Source: Nitrospirota bacterium
GTDB lineage: Bacteria; Nitrospirota; Nitrospiria; SBBL01; JAADHI01
Direction of reading: 5' to 3'
Assembly (NCBI GenBank): GCA_029261195.1
Contig: JAJDBU010000025.1
Coordinates: 104,874 to 168,873 of the forward strand
DNA: 64,000 nucleotides
Made by a program: the position numbers and the translations under genes. Within the stretch, counting starts at the first letter, position 1; every line of letters begins with the position of its first letter. Shown piece after piece: positions 25,324 to 33,140 of this stretch. The notes below the pieces were generated by a model. It did no database searches and was not told the origin of the DNA. It saw only the letters and a list, made by a program, of their open reading frames with translations.

Positions 25324-26553
25324 TCAATCACCGTCTCCGGCAGCCGAACCCGGAATATTCAGTTTCAGGACTTCCAGAAAGTTCTCCTTCAGTTGATCGG
25401 TGACCAACTTGGCTGCGTCCCAGGCCTCTTGTACGGATGCTTTATCGCTGATTACGGCAGCTTTCAAGGTGGGGGAAATCTCATCAACCTTGGGAATTGC
25501 AGCGGCAATACGGCTTTTCAAAAGGCTGGAGTCCCCACCCAATGCATCCAGAAAATCGTCAAAGCCCAAGAGCGCTGTCGCAGCACCGGGCTTATTTCCA
25601 AGGAAAAGTTCCTGCAAGGCCAGAAGATTGTTCTTGATGTTTTCTTTACTGGTAAGGCTGAAAGGGGATTCCACTTCTTTCGCACAGCCCTGATTATTTG
25701 CAGTTGCACTGCAAGCATTCGCTTTTAAGCCGAGCGGCTTTGCAAGTTTGATATCCTTGGTCTCATCCTCATAATAAAAAAGGGCATCCGATACCGCATT
25801 CACAGCCGCTTCCACACTGGTAAATCGGCTAGCGCTGCTTCCAGCCTGAGTCAGTTCGACAAGGAAACCCGTCGTCCCGTTCCACTGATCCAAGAGGATC
25901 TGCGCCTGTGCGGACACATCCGCCGCCGCCAGTTTTGCGTAAGTTGCACGTGCTGCTTTGACATCTGTGAGCGCACTCCAGCCCACAGGAACGCTCGTAC
26001 CGCAACTATGGTTCAAATCTTCATTGAATAGTACATATTCCAGGGCATCCATTCCACGGCGATCCCGGGTACGTTCCGCCAGAACATAATCCGTAGTTCC
26101 ATTACTGAGGGAACCCGTATCCGCAAAGACCACATCCTGATCCACACCGCAATTGTTGGTGACTGGCCAGGAATAGATCTTGTCCCTCAGTACTCCCAGA
26201 GTATCGGTCAGTGGTCCTATCTGCATGACTTCGACCGCCTGCCATGTCGCCATCGCAAGTTTCCAGGCATCCCTTGCGGCATCACGCTTTGTGGTCTCAG
26301 TAGGGTTAGCTGCCAGGGCCACGACGTAGGCATCAACTGCTGTCTTCATCGCATCCGCCTTCGTCTTGAAGTCGTTTATTGTCGGCATCATGATGTTAGT
26401 GCCAAGATTGTTCAGCATCCCTTTGCAATCGAATGTTGCGCAGGGGAGGGCCGCCGTACCGCCACTGCCGCCACTGCTGCACGCGGTGAGGAGAAGGCAG
26501 AGTCCTATCTTCATGAAACTGTTGCGAAACTTGAATCTCTTTTGCTCAAACAT
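25324..26553 (-). CDS. Imelysin-like (peptidase M75 / IrpA-EfeM-like) lipoprotein
   Basis: 409 aa. Lipobox LLLTAC|SSGG. A two-domain helical pattern includes ..RDRRGMDALEYVLFNEDL.. It sits in an iron-cluster context. AGGAG lies 13 nt upstream of the ATG. Confidence 0.7.
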   Translation of the reverse strand: MFEQKRFKFRNSFMKIGLCLLLTACSSGGSGGTAALPCATFDCKGMLNNLGTNIMMPTINDFKTKADAMKTAVDAYVVALAANPTETTKRDAARDAWKLAMATWQAVEVMQIGPLTDTLGVLRDKIYSWPVTNNCGVDQDVVFADTGSLSNGTTDYVLAERTRDRRGMDALEYVLFNEDLNHSCGTSVPVGWSALTDVKAARATYAKLAAADVSAQAQILLDQWNGTTGFLVELTQAGSSASRFTSVEAAVNAVSDALFYYEDETKDIKLAKPLGLKANACSATANNQGCAKEVESPFSLTSKENIKNNLLALQELFLGNKPGAATALLGFDDFLDALGGDSSLLKSRIAAAIPKVDEISPTLKAAVISDKASVQEAWDAAKLVTDQLKENFLEVLKLNIPGSAAGDGD

Positions 26554-26693
26554 TGTAAAAACGACTCCTATCTATAATATGGGCAGACTTGAAAGCACAT
26601 GCCGCTTATGATTGAACCTGAATTCTGAAAGCCATCCGGCATTCCACCCCGTGAAGATGATATGGAGTACTCATAATTTTTCATCATTCAGGC

Positions 26694-26732
26694 AAAAAAA
26701 AGAGCCCGAGCGATAAAAATGCCCCGGGCTCT
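26694..26732 (-). terminator. Rho-independent terminator (minus strand)
   Basis: The minus strand reads AGAGCCCG, a 16-nt loop, CGGGCTCT, then TTTTTTT. Stems are 26725..26732 and 26701..26708; the T-run is the complement of 26694..26700. Confidence 0.7.
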
Positions 26733-26806
26733 GGGTTCTAAAAACTTCGACCTCTGACCGCTCACTAATTTTTTAGTTCGATATTGACATTGATTATCAA
26801 TAGCAG
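26694..26806 (-). ncRNA. Candidate Fur-repressed small RNA (~110 nt) or leader/attenuator
   Basis: It is bounded by the promoter and Fur box at 26780..26841 and the terminator at 26694..26732. There is no ORF inside. This is purely structural inference with no Rfam or expression evidence. Confidence 0.25.
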
Positions 26807-26841
26807 TACGACACATTATTCGATTCGTGAGAGCTTGTCAA
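26780..26841 (-). promoter_or_regulatory. Promoter plus Fur box
   Basis: The minus strand reads TTGACA (26841..26836), a 17-nt spacer, then TAATGT (26818..26813). Next comes TGATAATCAATGTCA (26799..26785), a 12/14 match to TGATAATnATTATCA. The core ATTGATAATCAAT is identical to the 19.4-kb site. Confidence 0.5.
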
Positions 26842-26906
26842 CTTATTTTTCATCGCTTTTTCATCACTAAAAACTCGAAAAAGAAAAAACCGTGCCTGCC
26901 TCTTCT

Positions 26907-26996
26907 TCACAGATTCACAGTCAGATAAAAGGCCGCAATCATGATGATGGCGACAAGCAGTATTGAGCTGAAATAACGAATCTCCATTCGACTCAT
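26907..26996 (-). CDS. Possible 29-aa single-TM micro-protein (below track cutoff)
   Basis: Read manually as MSRMEIRYFSSILLVAIIMIAAFYLTVNL. Its ATG (26996..26994) overlaps the TGA of the 87-aa ORF in an ATGA arrangement, which suggests translational coupling. Confidence 0.3.
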   Translation of the reverse strand: MSRMEIRYFSSILLVAIIMIAAFYLTVNL

Positions 26997-27256
26997 GTTC
27001 TTATCCCCTCATTTATATTTTTCGTTGTTTGTTCATCGCTTTCAATTTGACCTACTTTTTTGGGGCCGTTTCTGAGACAGGGATGGCGGTGTTCTCCCAA
27101 TTCAACGAGGGAAACGATCTTCCGTTGCCATAGCAGATCTTCAGGTCGGATTGTCCGACAGATATGCTCGACGGCTTGTTTGGCATATTCAACTTCAACT
27201 TGTTTGTAAACATTTGGAAATGTTTCATAGCCTCGCTCAACAAAACGCATCTTCAC
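26993..27256 (-). CDS. Hypothetical protein (87 aa)
   Basis: GGAG lies 6 nt upstream of the ATG, which is 16 nt after the upstream stop. No motif recognised. Confidence 0.45.
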   Translation of the reverse strand: MKMRFVERGYETFPNVYKQVEVEYAKQAVEHICRTIRPEDLLWQRKIVSLVELGEHRHPCLRNGPKKVGQIESDEQTTKNINEGIRT

Positions 27257-27272
27257 TCCGGCCTTGATGATA

Positions 27273-28013
27273 TTAGGAACATGACTTTATTGACTTCGGA
27301 GCAAGCTTCCTTGCCTCTTGGAAAGCGCCAAAAGACCCCCATAATCTGAGGATTTTTCCATGAAGATAGGGGCCTTTTTCCAGCTTTTGAAGTTCTATTG
27401 TTTTTGGATAATGGCCGAGTTGTTCTTTTATGGAAATATACATCTCAATACATTTCCGTCGTTGACCGGCCACCCGAATGGCATGAAGGCTTTTTCGTTC
27501 GATTTTGTGAAGCAAACGCAGACGCATTAAATACGGGAGCGATATGTTGTTGACCCTGGCAACCTGACCAAAATTAAGATATTTTTTATAATCACTCAAT
27601 ATTTTTTTCCTTGAAATAACAGGTGCTTTCGGCGGCTGGTACTTAAAAAGCCCGACTTCTGTTCCTGTTAAAAGGAGTTGTCGGACACGTTCTCCGCTGA
27701 GTCCGACTTTTGCACCGACCGAACGAAGCGTGCCGCCTGCCTGGTACAGTTGATTAATTTCCAGGAGATGTTGAACAGGCGATTTTTTTGAGGAATGGAC
27801 TAAAGCCGTATCCTCCTGAAGGGCCGTTTGGATTTTTAGTCTGATATAGGGTGAAACTGTCTGCCCTGTAATCACTTTTTTAACTGTTCTCGGTGTCACC
27901 CTCAGCTTTGATGCCACTTCTAGTAGATCAACCTTGCTTCGGACCGCCGCTATAAGTTGTGTGGCAATGAGAAGGGATGATTGCTTTGAGGGGATACGTT
28001 CTAAGTGCAACAT
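27273..28013 (-). CDS. Multi-HTH DNA-binding protein with sigma70 region-4-like segment and HNH-associated-repeat-like C-terminus
   Basis: 246 aa. LLEVASKLRVTPRTVKKVITG is an HTH. GGTLRSVGAKVGLSGERVRQLLL resembles sigma70 region 4.2 (TLEEVG..TRERIRQIE). NFGQVARVNNISLPYLMRL is a third HTH-like segment. The C-terminal QLGHYPKTIELQKL..ILRLWGSFGAFQEARKL resembles the homing-endonuclease-associated repeat. Confidence 0.6.
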   Translation of the reverse strand: MLHLERIPSKQSSLLIATQLIAAVRSKVDLLEVASKLRVTPRTVKKVITGQTVSPYIRLKIQTALQEDTALVHSSKKSPVQHLLEINQLYQAGGTLRSVGAKVGLSGERVRQLLLTGTEVGLFKYQPPKAPVISRKKILSDYKKYLNFGQVARVNNISLPYLMRLRLLHKIERKSLHAIRVAGQRRKCIEMYISIKEQLGHYPKTIELQKLEKGPYLHGKILRLWGSFGAFQEARKLAPKSIKSCS

Positions 28014-28060
28014 ACTTTTTCTCCATTTTTCATCAGTTCAATAGCTTCTCTCCTTGCGCG

Positions 28061-28133
28061 TCTTTAGTAGATATTGATAATGATTATTAATATCTACTAA
28101 AGACAGTCTAAGTATTGCTTCAAACCTTGTCAA
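28061..28133 (-). promoter_or_regulatory. Promoter plus Fur box inside a 43-bp palindrome
   Basis: The minus strand reads TTGACA (28133..28128), a 17-nt spacer, then TAGACT (28110..28105). The plus strand TGATAATGATTATTA (28075..28089) is a 13/14 match to the 7-1-7 Fur motif. Perfect 15-bp inverted repeats TCTTTAGTAGATATT / AATATCTACTAAAGA flank it at 28061..28075 and 28089..28103. Confidence 0.55.
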
Positions 28134-28196
28134 GGATTTTTATTGCCTCATATTTGTTTTTTTAGGTTTTAGAGAACGGAGAGGAAGGAGAAGGAA

Positions 28197-28232
28197 TAAA
28201 AAAAACGGGGTGAGCAAAGCTCACCCCGTTTT
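28197..28232 (-). terminator. Rho-independent terminator of the cupredoxin gene
   Basis: ACGGGGTGAGC, an aaa loop, GCTCACCCCGT: a perfect 11-bp stem at 28205..28229. Eight T residues follow on the minus strand (A-run 28198..28205). Confidence 0.8.
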
Positions 28233-28261
28233 AAAACTTACGGTTAATTATGTAAGTTCAA

Positions 28262-28720
28262 TTATTTGATCTTTGCCATCGCGCCTTTGATACGATCATG
28301 GTTCATGGCTAGCGCTTCACTGTACTCTTCAACAGCTTCCTCGGCTGCTTCTAAACCTGCTTTGGAACCACCCGCTTGGATGACACCCGCCATTCCCAGG
28401 ATTGCATGTGTTTCGCATTTGAAAGGAATGATTCCGGCCTTGGTCACTTTGAAGCTAATAGGCTCGTCTACTTCTCCGCCGAATCCTTTTTGTCCTGCCG
28501 GGGTAGAAAGAGATTTAGGCTGGTGGAGCTTGTCCGTGATAACAAACTGAATGGTATCACCGACAGCAGCTTCGACGAAATCCGGTTCAAAAACCATCTG
28601 GCTTGCACCATCGCTACCGGTGTTCTTCATCTGGACTTTGACGGTCTTCGCCTCGGCAGCCACTGAAGTCAAAACTAACAACGCAATTAAAACAAGTGTT
28701 TTTTCAAAAAACTTACGCAC
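28262..28720 (-). CDS. Pseudoazurin-like type-1 copper protein (cupredoxin)
   Basis: Ligand spacing FKCETHAILGM (C-x2-H-x4-M) plus the upstream DKLHQ His. Signal peptide RKFFEKTLVLIALLVLTSVAAEA. AGGAGG lies 8 nt before GTG 28720, so the track start at 28783 is probably too long. Confidence 0.75.
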   Translation of the reverse strand: MRKFFEKTLVLIALLVLTSVAAEAKTVKVQMKNTGSDGASQMVFEPDFVEAAVGDTIQFVITDKLHQPKSLSTPAGQKGFGGEVDEPISFKVTKAGIIPFKCETHAILGMAGVIQAGGSKAGLEAAEEAVEEYSEALAMNHDRIKGAMAKIK

Positions 28721-28836
28721 GATATTATCCTCCTGAAATTGATTTGAGATCTGCGACATCAACCCGTCCCAACGGGCACGCAAAAATGTTTAATTGATAC
28801 TGAGTCTCAACCCCCCCACGCTAATTAAACAGGAAG

Positions 28837-28865
28837 ACTATAATAGTGTTTCCAGGGATTGTCAA
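28837..28865 (-). promoter_or_regulatory. Candidate sigma70 promoter of the cupredoxin gene
   Basis: The minus strand reads TTGACA (28865..28860), a 17-nt spacer, then TATAGT (28842..28837). Confidence 0.45.
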
Positions 28866-29034
28866 GACCACAGCAATTGCGTTCTTTCCTAAAAACGACT
28901 TATTAAATAAGGGTTCTCTGATCGAGTCATGGATTATTTTTTTAGGGCACAAATACCAGACTTTTGCGTTCAAAATATTGGAAATACGCTTGATTCTCTA
29001 TAATTTCAATCCGGTTTTTCTTCTCAGAATACCG

Positions 29035-32000
29035 CTACCTGAGCTTTCCCCGCCTTTGCCACATGAGTGCCGGGTCGGAAGCCTGGACCGCAGTGAAGCT
29101 CAGTCGATCAGGGCGAGTGGCGAGGACTTCGATAATTTCTTTGACGACCCGACCTGTCTTGACTATCCCGGGGAAGTCAATTTTATCGACCGTGTCATCC
29201 GGACGGTCAATGTCGGCATCGTCACCACTGAAAAATTGTACTGCAGGAATACCCTTCTCAATGAAGCTGACGTGGTCACTCTCCCCAATGGCCCCCGGAA
29301 GGGGAGAGACAGCAACGCCACTTGCTACACCGGCTTCTCTAAGAAGCGGAGCCCATTCCCGCGCCGATCCGCCCCCAAGGACAAGTAGAGGCCTTGATCC
29401 CAGACGACCAACACTATCAAGATTAATCATTCCGTCGATTGTTTTTGAAGGAAAGGGCTTTCCCTCAGAAACAAAATGTTCCGACCCACGGAAGCCAAGC
29501 TCCTTGCCGGTAAAGGCGACAAAGACAAGCGTCCGTTTTAGAGGAGGGGATTTTTCCAACATTCGGGCCAATTCGATTAAAAGGGCGACCCCGCTGGCAT
29601 TGGCATTTGCGCCGGGGTGGAGCAAACCCTCGTCCCCTTTGTGAACACGAGGCCAGCCGAAGCCCACATGGTCATAATGTGCGCCGATGACAATGCTTTC
29701 GTTCCGGCGCTCCGGATCGCTTCCCGGTAGAATTCCAACGACATTTTTCAACGCAAGTCCCTCGCCAAGACCACGGCCTTCTCCCTGCCATTGCTGGATG
29801 TAGGTTCGTAAAGCGCGCCCCCCCGGTTTCAAACCGGCGCTGCGAAAGGCTGAAGCAATATATTCAGCAACCCGGTCAATTGTTCCTGTGCCGAAACCCC
29901 GGCCCTTCATCCTCGGGTCTGACAGAGCGGCGATATCCCTTTGCATCCTGGCCTCCGAAAAAAGGGGGGGCAATGTGGCCAGGGCCTCGCGTTCTTTCAG
30001 GTTCATCTTTTTCGGCTTGATCCACTTTCCGTCGCCCTGTGTCACACGAACAGACATCGGAGAACCGACGAGCGGCCATCGCCCCCTAAGAATGTTCTTG
30101 GGGGTGTCGCCTGAAAAACCGAGATAACCAAAAGGCCCGTAATGGGGGATTTTTCGTTCCAGACCGGGGAGTGATGCCGGATGATCGGTGGCAAGCCAAT
30201 TCAGTGAAAGACGGGCGCTCCCGGGATGGCGTGCAGCGAGGACAAGAGAGTGCCCTCTTCGTGGAATCTGCTCATCCTTGATCCGTGTCATAGCGCTATT
30301 GGTCGAGAGTCCAAAGGGGCTCAGTTGGGAAAGGATCGTCCGCTGAAATCGGTTTTCCCAACCGAAAAGCCAGATATCACGATCATTCGGAAGGGTCTCA
30401 ATTTCTCTGTCCCAGATGAATTCTATTTGTGTCGGTCTGGACATTTTCCACGATTCGGCCAGACGGAGATAGGCTTGACGCAACTTTTCCGGGGCTGTTT
30501 TCGGAAGAACGATGAGGATGGATTCCGATCCGAGTACCTTTGAAAGAGAAGGAGGCATCTCTGCAGTATGAAGCCGTCGGAAGAGATCAAAGGCCGGGTC
30601 AACCGTCATCCTAATCGGCCGGGCAGGTAAGATCAGAGAGATTTCCTGCTCTTTTTCCGTGATGGACAGGGTCGTTTCAAAGGATGCTTCCTCTCTACCT
30701 TTCAGGGTGATTGCAACTGGAATTTGGAGTCTATAGGGCGACCCGGATTGCCGCTGTCGAATACGGGCGCTCAGACGATATTGCCCCTCTTGAAGCTCGG
30801 CCCGAACTTTGTCCACCCGGAGAATGGGCGCACCGGTCCTCTCAACCCATTGCTCAAAGAATCCGCTCAGATCTTTTCCAGACGTGCGGCTGAAAGCGTG
30901 CTCAAGATCACCAAAGGATGCACGCTTAAAACGGTGATCCTGAAAGAAGGTTTGAAGCGACCGGACAAAGACTTTATCGCCTAGTTCCCTTCGGAGCATG
31001 TGAAAGAAAAAAAGGGTCTTTCCATAACCGACTGCCTGTGTCGCGGCGTCGTGACGAGCACGAAACCCTGTGAGCGGAAAGTCGAGTCCTGCCGAAACAT
31101 AGTTCGCATATTTTTGCAGAGAAGCCCTGCGGGACGCCAGCCCTTTTCCCTGCTGTTCCTGAACGAGAAAGTCTGCAAGGTAAGAGGTAAGGCCTTCACT
31201 CCAGTTTCCTCCGCTCTGATCAACATAGACACCATTCCCCCACCAGTTGTGGAGGATTTCATGGGGAAAAGAGGAGTGAAGAATGAAGGGAAAGCGGATT
31301 ACCTTCGGCCCGAGAAGGGCGAAGGAGGGCATCCCGTAGCCGGTCTCCCAAAAATTTTCGACAAGCGCAAATTTAGGGTAGGGATAGGGCCCAAGCAGGG
31401 CTTGATACATCTTGAGGTATTGTTCGGTCACTTCGAGGTATTTGTCGGCCAGGGCCTGATCGGGCGTACGAAGAAAGACCATCGCCAGGACTCTCCCGGC
31501 ATTGCGGCTATATTCCGTCCACTGCCCGGCGACGATGAAGACCTCTTCCTGAGGCTCGGGCGACTCCCATCTTAGACTCACAGCTCTGTTCCCGGAACTA
31601 AAGACCCCTGAATCAAAATCCTCACGATAGGCCGTCCGTTCCCCCTGACTGACGGCATTCCAGCCTTGAGGCAGGTCGATGCTCAGGTTGAAGGTCAGCA
31701 AGTCCCTGGAAAATCGGGGAAGCCAGAAGCTCTCTCCAGAAAGAAAAACCCCTTCAGGGGAAATCGTGCCGGGGGTCTCTCGCTCTTTTCCCGCCTCTCC
31801 TTCAGGACCTGTCGGAGGATGATTGATTTCCCCCTGATATTTCAGGTGGAAAACTCTCAGACCCAGTGGAAGCTTCACAGTATAATGCGCTATCGGAAGA
31901 TCAGTCTGGTCCGCCGACAAAGCGGAAGGCCTGTTTTTCGACAATGACGGCGATTCTTCCGTCACACGCTCAATCCTGACACCCGCTGTTGTTGTTTCTG

Positions 32001-32280
32001 GAAATAGACCCTCATGGAGCATAAAATGAAAGAGACCGTCACGCTCGGGTCGAAGGGAAGCCGGGAGTATAATGCGGTCCTCCACTTCCAAGTGGCTGGA
32101 TTCAGGATGGAGTACAACCTTGATTTCGTGATGAACTCGAGTACTTGCGTGCAGTGGAATTGCGTGTAGAAGCAGGCCGATCAACAATAAGAAAATGCTG
32201 AGAGCAATCTTTTTCATCTGTGATAAATAATGCACAATTGCATCTGATTGGATTACCCTATAAAAATCGAATTGGATCAA
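29035..32280 (-). CDS. Secreted fusion peptidase: M1 (aminopeptidase N-like) domain + M28 (PA/aminopeptidase) domain
   Basis: M1 domain: HEILHNWWGNGV, with ..NWSEGLTSY (the HExxH-x17-18-E glutamate) downstream. M28 domain: HYDHVG, GANANASGVALLIELAR, FTGKELGFRGSEHF, NLDSVG and SDHVSF. The probable true start is MKKIALSIFLLLIGLLLHAIPLHA at 32217 (a signal peptide). Confidence 0.8.
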   Translation of the reverse strand: MIQFDFYRVIQSDAIVHYLSQMKKIALSIFLLLIGLLLHAIPLHASTRVHHEIKVVLHPESSHLEVEDRIILPASLRPERDGLFHFMLHEGLFPETTTAGVRIERVTEESPSLSKNRPSALSADQTDLPIAHYTVKLPLGLRVFHLKYQGEINHPPTGPEGEAGKERETPGTISPEGVFLSGESFWLPRFSRDLLTFNLSIDLPQGWNAVSQGERTAYREDFDSGVFSSGNRAVSLRWESPEPQEEVFIVAGQWTEYSRNAGRVLAMVFLRTPDQALADKYLEVTEQYLKMYQALLGPYPYPKFALVENFWETGYGMPSFALLGPKVIRFPFILHSSFPHEILHNWWGNGVYVDQSGGNWSEGLTSYLADFLVQEQQGKGLASRRASLQKYANYVSAGLDFPLTGFRARHDAATQAVGYGKTLFFFHMLRRELGDKVFVRSLQTFFQDHRFKRASFGDLEHAFSRTSGKDLSGFFEQWVERTGAPILRVDKVRAELQEGQYRLSARIRQRQSGSPYRLQIPVAITLKGREEASFETTLSITEKEQEISLILPARPIRMTVDPAFDLFRRLHTAEMPPSLSKVLGSESILIVLPKTAPEKLRQAYLRLAESWKMSRPTQIEFIWDREIETLPNDRDIWLFGWENRFQRTILSQLSPFGLSTNSAMTRIKDEQIPRRGHSLVLAARHPGSARLSLNWLATDHPASLPGLERKIPHYGPFGYLGFSGDTPKNILRGRWPLVGSPMSVRVTQGDGKWIKPKKMNLKEREALATLPPLFSEARMQRDIAALSDPRMKGRGFGTGTIDRVAEYIASAFRSAGLKPGGRALRTYIQQWQGEGRGLGEGLALKNVVGILPGSDPERRNESIVIGAHYDHVGFGWPRVHKGDEGLLHPGANANASGVALLIELARMLEKSPPLKRTLVFVAFTGKELGFRGSEHFVSEGKPFPSKTIDGMINLDSVGRLGSRPLLVLGGGSAREWAPLLREAGVASGVAVSPLPGAIGESDHVSFIEKGIPAVQFFSGDDADIDRPDDTVDKIDFPGIVKTGRVVKEIIEVLATRPDRLSFTAVQASDPALMWQRRGKLR

Positions 32281-32435
32281 GCTTTGTGCTCATCAAGGGC
32301 TGATCCAATGCGGAACTATATTCAAAAGTCGGGGATGAGTCAACACCGATCATTAGCCATGAAAGGACTCCGGATGTGTTTGACAAGAGAATAGGGCTGT
32401 GATAGAAATCGCCAAAGCTCCGGAGTACGTAAAAA

Positions 32436-32771
32436 TTGATAATTGGTATTTTATTGACGACTGGACCGGAATACCAGAACAGCCAGTCCGTCTCGACTTT
32501 TGCTAAGGCCCTCCTGAGTCTAGGAAACGCTGTGAACCTTTTTTTGATGGACGACGGCATTTACAATATAGTTCGCGGTCTCCCCTACGAAATCGCTGAG
32601 GTCTTTGAAACATTGCAACCGAAAGGCCTGGATATTATGCTCTGCAGGCAGTCAGCGGAAAGGCGAGGTATTCGGAAGGCCCATTGCATTTCGGAGACCG
32701 CGTGGCGTTCACAGATCGAACTGGCAAAGTGCATTGAGCAATCTGATCGATTTATGAGTTTCTCAAGGTGA
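32436..32771 (+). CDS. DsrE/TusD-like sulfur-relay protein
   Basis: 111 aa with a TTG start. Contains IIGILLTTGPEYQNSQS..AVNLFLMDDGIYN and the active-site-type MLCRQSAERRGI (Cys..RG). Confidence 0.65.
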   Translation: MIIGILLTTGPEYQNSQSVSTFAKALLSLGNAVNLFLMDDGIYNIVRGLPYEIAEVFETLQPKGLDIMLCRQSAERRGIRKAHCISETAWRSQIELAKCIEQSDRFMSFSR

Positions 32772-32775
32772 AGAG

Positions 32776-33129
32776 ATGAAGCAGAAACATGTCATTGTCG
32801 TTGTCGCAGACGGTCCTTTCAATACGGCTCGGGTCAGTGAGGCCTTTCGAATGGGCATTGGACTGACCCTGTCGAAATGCCGCATTTCGCTTTTATTGAT
32901 TCATGACGGCGTTTACAATCTTCTCCCCCTCCACGCGGAAAAAATCGGTCGACCCGGTATTTCAGAATACATTCAGGTGGCTGAGAAGGTCGGACTACAA
33001 TTGCTCGCCGATGCCAACTCAGTCCTGGAAAGGGAGATCACCTTTTCGGAGGAAACCGCCTTACAGATCCCGCACGATGAAACACTCAAACTGCTTTGCG
33101 AAGCCGATGTGGTGATTCCCTTTCGATAA
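32776..33129 (+). CDS. DsrF/TusC-like protein
   Basis: 117 aa. VIVVVADGPFNTARVSEAFRMGIGL..LLLIHDGVYNL shows the DsrE/F fold pattern. It starts 4 nt after the dsrE-like stop. Confidence 0.6.
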   Translation: MKQKHVIVVVADGPFNTARVSEAFRMGIGLTLSKCRISLLLIHDGVYNLLPLHAEKIGRPGISEYIQVAEKVGLQLLADANSVLEREITFSEETALQIPHDETLKLLCEADVVIPFR

Positions 33130-33140
33130 AAACCTGGCCG

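Noticed and set aside
26560-26693. Possible second Fur box (tgaatgatgaaaaattatga) and promoter directly upstream of the imelysin gene
   Set aside because: The match to the 19-bp or 7-1-7 Fur consensus is poor in any register. Candidate -35/-10 pairs have wrong spacing (15-16 nt with weak hexamers). It is left uncalled.
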